This document shows positions 60,101 to 64,000 of a stretch of DNA of 64,000 nt, in pieces. Position numbers and translations under genes: made by a program. The notes under the pieces were generated by a model. That model was not told where the DNA came from. It searched no databases and worked only from the letters and a program-made list of their open reading frames with translations. Where the stretch lies: NCBI GenBank assembly GCA_964016885.1, contig OZ024759.1:3906001-3970000 (forward strand), written 5' to 3'. Within the stretch, counting starts at the first letter, position 1. The number at the start of each line of letters is the position of its first letter. The stretch comes from Eledone cirrhosa (lineage: Eukaryota).

Positions 60101-61300
60101 TTAGGTCCAAATTTACCTGTTTTACACCCTGAAAATAAAAATATTGAATGTTCTGCATGAGTATGCGGTCGAAGGACAGCTCCTTGCTCCGATAAATCAT
60201 GTCACTTCTAACACATGTAGCATACATGTTTCCCTTCCATGTAATAACCCAATATATTAAGTTAGAAACAAAGCTATACTACACCACTTACCTGTCTGAC
60301 AGTTGCTACCTTCATAACCAGCAGCACATCCTCCACTAGAACACACACCTGTCTCTTTGTTACACCTGCTGTTATCAGCACAGTGACATGTGTATTTACA
60401 GTTGGGTCCAAATTTACCTGTTTTACAGACTGTCGGTATTAAATATGAGAACAATGACAATTACAGCAACATATAACACTATACAAGATAATAAATATCA
60501 TAATTATATCATCTATATATATATGGTGGCACATGGCTTAATGGTTAGAGCATTGGCCTTGCAATCGAAAGGTTGTGAGTTAAATTCTCAGACCGGGTGA
60601 TGTGTTGTTTCCTTGAGCAAGACACTTTATTTCACATTGCTCCAGTTTACTCAGCTGTAGAAATGAGATGACAGGGACTGGGGTCCCTATCATTCCACTG
60701 CAAAGTGGTCGTGGAGGTGCCATGGCAAAAAAGCACCCAGTACTCACTGTAAATAAGGTTGGTGTTAGGAAGGGCATCCAGCTGTAGAAATCAAGCCAGA
60801 ATCAGTTTCCGTCCCACCCTTGCAAGCAGGGAAAAGCGAACGTAAAATGATGATGAGTCTAACCCATGCTGGCGTGGAAGATGGACGTTAAACGAAGATG
60901 ATGATGATATTATAGTGTTGTCATCTATGATATAGTGATATCATCTATACTATATCTCTACAACCTATATGATATCTATATCCTATATATTATATCTAAT
61001 CATCTGTATTATATCTATATCATCTGTATTATATCTATATCATCTGTATTATATCTATATCATCATAACCAGCATCACACCTGTCTCTGTCTGTTTTTTT
61101 ACACCTGCTGTTGTTTTGTTTCATATATCAAGTTAGAAACAAATCTGTACTACAGTACTTACCTGTTTGACAGTTGCTACCTTCATAACCAGCAGCACAT
61201 CCTCCACTTGAACACACACCTGTCTCTTTGTTACACCTGCTGTTATCTGCGCAGTGACATGTGTATTTACAGTTGGCTCCAAATTTACCTGTTTTACAGA
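18044..61300 (-). CDS. Multi-exon gene (partial) encoding tandem 46-aa 8-Cys EGF/laminin-EGF-like repeats; MEGF10/Draper/SREC-like receptor ectodomain
   Basis: 13 co-oriented 138-nt phase-1 exons with AG/GT boundaries; consensus C-x8-C-x3-C-x-C-x5-C-x6-C-x4-C-x8-C. No signal-peptide, transmembrane or terminal exon could be identified, so orthology is unresolved. Confidence 0.88.
18305..18660 (+). mobile_element. 5'-truncated RTE LINE 3' fragment
   Basis: Degenerate ...[19 protein letters not shown]...GRP coding; tail GGACGTAAAATGATGATG. Confidence 0.8.
18660..19140 (-). mobile_element. CR1/L2-group LINE 3' fragments, partly duplicated
   Basis: Encodes [29 protein letters not shown]; homologous to 25085-25350 and to the flanks of the 61-bp array. 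Confidence 0.7.
18847..18905 (-). pseudogene. 5S rRNA-derived fragment (3' half)
   Basis: Minus strand CTCGAGCCTAGTTAGTACTTAGATGGGAAACCACTTGAGAAACCTAGGTGCTGTAAGCA resembles the animal 5S 3' half (GGGCCTGGTTAGTACTTGGATGGGAGACCGCCTGGGAATACCGGGTGCTGTAGGC) and is followed by a T-run. Confidence 0.8.
19525..19702 (-). mobile_element. tRNA-derived SINE (family A)
   Basis: Homologous to 4130-4316. Further copies at ~24825-24995 (+), 26800-26955 (-), 28290-28480 (-), 28700-28850 (+) and 33150-33333 (-). Confidence 0.8.
19705..20600. repeat. 61-bp AT-rich minisatellite, ~14 copies, abutting the donor of exon 20609-20746
   Basis: Unit TAATAATATAGTTATACTAGTTAGTAGTAAAAGTAAAAGAGTAATAAACCTATGTAGTCAT; period 61. 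Confidence 0.93.
20609..20746 (-). CDS. EGF exon 12 ([45 protein letters not shown])
   Basis: 138 nt; TTTCATCCAG acceptor, G|GTTGGT donor; not in the ORF track. Confidence 0.9.
20959..23664 (+). mobile_element. piggyBac-type MITE (TIR CCCTTTAGCATTT, TTAA target) split by the LINE insertion
   Basis: CCCTTTAGCATTTACATTACTC [LINE] TATATATACTATTG...AAATGCTAAAGGG|TTAA. Uninterrupted copies at ~28893-29112 and ~33903-34113 (reverse); truncated copy at 20789-20945. Confidence 0.75.
20981..23463 (+). mobile_element. 5'-truncated RTE-clade LINE with RT and an internal PHD-like Cys/His finger
   Basis: [79 protein letters not shown]; (GAT)n tail; several stop codons; possible ACTC TSD. Confidence 0.92.
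23930..24510. repeat. Degenerate 20-bp minisatellite (CACACTGGGAACATCAGAGG)
   Basis: Period 20 is visible directly; lies next to the donor of exon 24560-24697. Confidence 0.88.
24560..24697 (-). CDS. EGF exon 11 ([45 protein letters not shown])
   Basis: 138 nt; TTTTAACAG acceptor, T|GTTAGT donor; 8 Cys. Confidence 0.9.
25085..25350 (+). mobile_element. CR1/L2-group LINE 3' end (unexpanded copy)
   Basis: [19 protein letters not shown]... coding remnant and (ATT)n tail. Confidence 0.7.
25370..25690 (+). mobile_element. Degenerate Tc1/mariner-superfamily transposase N-terminal (HTH) fragment
   Basis: Translates [54 protein letters not shown] (GRPR-like motif + HTH); a TA|CAGGGTG TIR-like start occurs at 24751. 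Confidence 0.65.
25920..26212. mobile_element. hAT-type MITE
   Basis: TIRs CAGGCATGGGCAAC / GTTACCCATGACTG; imperfect 8-bp TSD CATTAACC / CCTTAATC; subterminal GGCCGCA motifs. Confidence 0.75.
27681..27818 (-). CDS. EGF exon 10 ([45 protein letters not shown])
   Basis: 138 nt; AAG acceptor, G|GTGAGT donor. Confidence 0.9.
28106..28243 (-). CDS. EGF exon 9 ([45 protein letters not shown])
   Basis: 138 nt; TTTCAG acceptor, G|GTGAGT donor. Confidence 0.92.
29846..29983 (-). CDS. EGF exon 8 ([45 protein letters not shown]); fourth Cys replaced by Arg
   Basis: 138 nt; CCCAG acceptor, G|GTGAGT donor. Confidence 0.88.
30020..31012. repeat. 16-bp minisatellite (ATGTGAAATGTAGGAG)
   Basis: Period 16 with 15-bp and 11-bp variants. 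Confidence 0.93.
31071..32825. repeat. ~1.7-kb degenerate (GGT/ACC)n microsatellite
   Basis: Visible directly; begins a few nt into the intron after exon 32842-32979. Confidence 0.95.
32842..32979 (-). CDS. EGF exon 7 ([45 protein letters not shown])
   Basis: 138 nt; TTTGTAG acceptor, G|GTAAGT donor. Confidence 0.92.
34343..36055 (-). repeat. 54-bp minisatellite derived from the 3' end of the EGF exon, ~32 copies
   Basis: Minus unit TGTTACAGTAGATGGTGTGGTCCTGGTTATAAGGTAGCACCTGTCAGACAGGTG aligns to exon TGTTCTAGTGGAGGATGTGCTGCTGGTTATGAAGGTAGCAACTGTCAGACAG|GT. Confidence 0.92.
36140..36277 (-). CDS. EGF exon 6 ([45 protein letters not shown])
   Basis: 138 nt; TTTCCACAG acceptor, G|GTAAGC donor. 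Confidence 0.92.
36535..39605 (+). mobile_element. CR1/L2-group LINE 3' fragment containing the 61-bp expansion
   Basis: [34 protein letters not shown] precedes the array; the remainder of the LINE tail follows it (39420-39605). Confidence 0.75.
36642..39420. repeat. 61-bp (58-bp variant) minisatellite, ~45 copies
   Basis: Unit CATGGAACAAACTACCTGCATCAGTTGTTAGCTGTCGAGACACTACATCCTTTAAAACCTC. Confidence 0.95.
39780..40115 (+). mobile_element. tRNA-derived SINE family B
   Basis: Homologous to 16053-16390; other copies at 60527-60910 (+) and 61652-61970 (-). Confidence 0.85.
40144..40245 (-). pseudogene. Half-exon relic (3' half of the EGF exon)
   Basis: ...[26 protein letters not shown]|GTAG with a 17-nt internal duplication and no acceptor. 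Confidence 0.75.
40294..40431 (-). CDS. EGF exon 5 ([45 protein letters not shown])
   Basis: 138 nt; ATTACAG acceptor, G|GTAAGT donor. Confidence 0.9.
40710..44283. repeat. 47/48-bp minisatellite (AGAAATATGGTAATGAAAGGGTTAATGACATAGACAGTGTCTTTCATT) with two copies of a ~370-bp AT-rich insert
   Basis: Period 47-48; inserts at ~42870-43240 and ~43770-44140 are offset by 899 bp. Confidence 0.93.
44299..44436 (-). CDS. EGF exon 4 ([45 protein letters not shown])
   Basis: 138 nt; TTTCCAG acceptor, weaker G|GTATAT donor. Confidence 0.85.
44545..53558. mobile_element. Non-autonomous hAT element inflated by an internal 31-bp satellite (copy 1)
   Basis: Ends CAGAGGTCGGCA... and ...TGACCCCTA; perfect 8-bp TSD ATCTATAC at 44537-44544 and 53559-53566; subterminal GGCCCGCGGGCC motifs. 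Confidence 0.85.
44570..52925. repeat. 31-bp satellite (CAGCAGGCCACATAGCTATGGAGTGTCTCAC), ~270 copies, with higher-order structure
   Basis: Period 31; long blocks recur at offsets 5159 and 1916. Confidence 0.96.
53925..54098. repeat. Short array of the 48-bp minisatellite
   Basis: Same unit as 40710-44283; abuts the donor side of exon 54114. Confidence 0.9.
54114..54251 (-). CDS. EGF exon 3 ([45 protein letters not shown])
   Basis: 138 nt; differs from exon 44299-44436 at 2 codons; G|GTATAT donor. Confidence 0.85.
54360..57387. mobile_element. hAT element with 31-bp satellite (copy 2; array ~54385-56780)
   Basis: Same termini and the same ATCTATAC TSD (54352-54359, 57388-57395) as copy 1. 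Confidence 0.85.
57755..58720. repeat. 48-bp minisatellite array, ~20 copies
   Basis: Same unit as 40710-44283. Confidence 0.93.
58747..58960 (-). pseudogene. Half-exon relics of the EGF exon
   Basis: [26 protein letters not shown]|GTAAGT without its 5' half (58747-58830), plus reiterated TGTAACA..GAGACAGGTGTG pieces (58885-58960). Confidence 0.75.
59007..59143 (-). pseudogene. Frameshifted EGF pseudo-exon (137 nt), paralog of exon 36140-36277
   Basis: Splice sites are intact, but there is a 1-nt deletion (GCCAA-TGT) and a Cys>Tyr change (TAT AAC AAA). Confidence 0.8.
59205..59910 (-). mobile_element. RTE-type LINE 3' UTR fragment with ~48-bp tandem repeats
   Basis: GGCTGGATGCCCTTCC motif; repeated CACTTTACAGTGTG..CTGGGCACTTTTTGTTGTGGCA, the reverse of the LINE 3' UTR motif at 23205-23250. 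Confidence 0.7.
59974..60128 (-). pseudogene. Frameshifted EGF pseudo-exon (155 nt = 138 + 17)
   Basis: TTTTCAG acceptor, [25 protein letters not shown], then a 17-nt internal duplication; weak G|GTGTGT donor followed by a partial extra 54-bp-type unit. Confidence 0.75.
60292..60429 (-). CDS. EGF exon 2 ([45 protein letters not shown])
   Basis: 138 nt; GACAG acceptor, G|GTAAGT donor. Confidence 0.9.
61163..61300 (-). CDS. EGF exon 1 of the window ([45 protein letters not shown])
   Basis: 138 nt; TTTTCAG acceptor, G|GTAAGT donor. Confidence 0.92.
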
Positions 61301-62049
61301 CTGAAAATAAAAATATGGAAGTCTAAATATATTTAATAATTCACATTAATTTCTGATATTTTCATATTTTACATGGTAGACATTATTTGAATTTTGAAAA
61401 TGTGAGACCAGAGAAATTGCTTCATGTGACACTGTAAGAAAACATTAAAGAAAACATTAAAAAAATGAAATGTATATCTTCTTCTTTATCATTAAGAATG
61501 TCAGCAGCAGCAGCAGCAGCACCACACACACACACACATATATATATACAGAGAGAGAGAGAAGAGAGAGAGTAGTTAATAATAAATACAAAGACCAAAA
61601 TCTAGAGAGGGCTCAATAAGATAAGAGTTTTATGTATATGTATATATATGTATCATCATCATCATCATTTTACGTCCACTTTTCCCTGGTTGCGAGGGTG
61701 GGATGGCTTGATTTCTACAGCTGGATGCCCTTCCTAACACCAACCTTATTTACAGTGAGTGCTGGGGGCTTTTTTGCTGTGGCACCTCCACGACCACTTT
61801 ACAGTGGAATGATAGGGACCGCAATCCCTATCATCTCATTTCTACAGCTGAGTAAACTGGAGCAATGTGAAATAAAGTGTCTTGCTCAAGGAAACAACAC
61901 ATCACCCGGTTTGAGAATTGAACTCACAACCTTTTGATTGCAAGGCCAATGCTCTAACCACTAAGCCATAGAGAGAGAGAGAAGTGAGAGAGTAGTTAAT
62001 AATAAATACAAACACCAAAATCTGGAGAGGGCTCAATAAGATAAGAGTT

Positions 62050-64000
62050 ATCATCATCATCATCATCATCGTTTAACGTCCCTGTTCCACGCTTGCATGG
62101 GTTTGGACGGGAGTTTTCCGACTTGAGGCAGGAGTGGTTGTCTTGCTCGCATAGGACTGTCTGGCGGGTTTTCTACAGCTGGATGCCCTTCCTAACACCA
62201 ACCACATTTACAGTGTGGGGCTGGGAGGTTTTTACCGTGTTGCCTACACGGCCACATTACAGCGTGGACTGTGTTTTTTTGTCGTGACACCTACACGATC
62301 TCATTTGTTTCGGCCTGGATGTTGTGGTACCAACATAACTTTACATGGAAAGGGGCGGTGTGGATGGGGTGGGGGTGTGGGTAGTGGGTGAATTTTGTTA
62401 GATATGCCTACTGACTGTAGTAGGTTTTACTTTGTATTTAGGTAAGGCGGGTCTTCTCTATTACTGAGTACCGCCAAAGGTCTCGGTCCAGTGACATTGT
62501 CTTGGAGAGGTGTAAGTGTGTGAGGTCGGAATTTATCAGCTCGTCCCAGGTTTTTCTGGGTCTGCCTACTCCGTGGCTACCGTCTATCTTTATTGCCCTG
62601 CACTTTGTTATACAGTTGTCGTTTTTCATGCGCATCACGTGACCATACCAACGTAGCCTTCTCTCGAGTAAACAACATCTGATCCCTCTTATTTCTAATT
62701 TTTTCCTTAGTTCGTTTATGCTCTGCCGTTCACGTATATTACTATTACACATCCAGCGGAGCATGCAAGCTTCGTTCCTCTCTAGTCTGCGTATATCCTC
62801 TGCACACAATGCCCAGGTCTCACTGCCATGCAACATTGCTGTTCGTATGCAGGCATTATACAACCTGCCTTTCATTCTTAGGGAGAACCCTTTAGCGGCT
62901 AATAGTGGTTGTAGCGGTTGTCTCCCTTGTTGTGACTCACAACCCCAATAGATTAACAACATCTAGACGGGAAGTAGAACCCTTTCTGTAACTTCTGGTC
63001 AGAACCCTATAAAACTAACAACTTTAAGTTCTCATTCTCTCATTTGCCCTTCCAGCGCCTGGCCTTCGCCAGGCGTCTCGCCTTTACCAGGCGTCTCGCC
63101 TTTGCCTGGCAATCAAAACGGTAACTACTAACTTTGCTTCATTCTATCATCTATTTCTTTGACATGTCAACTATACTGTTCTATATATATCCATGATTGT
63201 TAATTAAATATTATACACACAAACCATGTCTCCTTGTTACATTCATACAACCCAGTATCTACGCTATATGGTATAAGCTCTCTGAACTTTTTCCATCCAG
63301 TTCTGACTCTAGCTACTGTATTTACAGAGCACCCTCCCCCACTGCTGATTTTGTCACCCAGGTAACGGAAGCTGTCCACTATTTCTATAGAACCCTCTGC
63401 GCAATTGAAAGAGCTAGTATTCTGTGGGCACTTGCTGCTACTTATTGCACCAGAGCACCGGCCACATGTAAAATCTATGTTCTTAGTAAGCTTACCTGTG
63501 ATCCCACTACATCTTTTATGCATCCATACTTTGCATTTGGGACATAAAATGGAGTTTCTACCTACGCCTTTCCTACACACTGAGCATGGCCACTTCCCGG
63601 AAGGGACCGCCGCCTTATTTTCTTTCTTACAAACTAGAACTTTAGTCTTAGCCAGGTTAATTTTAAGGCCTTTTGATTCTAGGCCATGTTTGGAATTTCT
63701 TCTCTAGCTCGGCCATTGATTCAGCTATGAGCGTTAGATCATCTGCGTATAGGAGTTCCTATGGGCAGCCGGTCTTGAACTCCTCTGTTATAGCCTGAAG
63801 GACAATAATAAATAGTAGGGGGCTAAGAACAGAGCCTTGATGGACACCAACTTTTACGCTAAACTCTTCACTATATTTGTTGTTAATTCTAACCTTACTG
63901 ACTGTTTCTTTATACATGGCTTGTATAGCTCTCACAAGCCATTCATAAACACCGAGTTTTCTAAGAGCCCACCAGATAATGGAATGGGGGACTCTGTCGA
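62050..64000 (-). mobile_element. RTE-clade LINE related to 20981-23463; runs off the window end
   Basis: [58 protein letters not shown]; (GAT)n tail at 62050-62070. Confidence 0.9.
62910..63268. mobile_element. Probable solo LTR (359 bp) inserted into the LINE
   Basis: Ends TGTAGCG...CGCTATA (TG..CA with one mismatch); 4-bp TSD TGGT; splits the LINE frame at KKFRELIP / PLLAAKGFS. Confidence 0.75.

Noticed and set aside
18044-61300. Assigning the symbol MEGF10, SCARF1 or ced-1
   Set aside because: Only EGF repeats are visible. No EMI, transmembrane, NPxY or phosphatase exons were found, and this repeat type is shared by many receptor families.
16300-61970. tRNA genes at GGCTTAGTGGTTAGAGC...GAGTTCAATTCTC heads
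   Set aside because: They continue into shared SINE bodies and tails, and I could not fold a complete cloverleaf; classified as SINE heads.

Overview
This is repeat-rich animal genomic DNA, probably molluscan/cephalopod (octopus-like; inferred from the SINE/RTE repertoire and the Cys spacing of the EGF repeats). It is not prokaryotic. The main gene lies on the minus strand and is largely missed by the ORF track. It is a multi-EGF-repeat gene (MEGF10/Draper/SREC-like ectodomain) built from 13 intact, symmetric phase-1, exactly 138-nt exons between 18.0 and 61.3 kb, each encoding one 8-Cys repeat. Neither gene end is visible in the window. The transcript-upstream exons (36-61 kb) are near-identical young duplicates mixed with two frameshifted pseudo-exons and many half-exon relics; the downstream exons (18-33 kb) are diverged. 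Several intronic minisatellites have traceable origins: a 54-bp array born from the EGF exon itself, a 61-bp array from a CR1-type LINE end, and a 31-bp array grown inside a hAT element with 8-bp TSDs. The introns also hold a full-length but inactivated Helitron joined head-to-tail to its own deletion derivative, RTE-clade LINEs, a solo LTR, MITEs, tRNA-derived SINEs and a 5S rRNA fragment. All coordinates and translations were read by hand.
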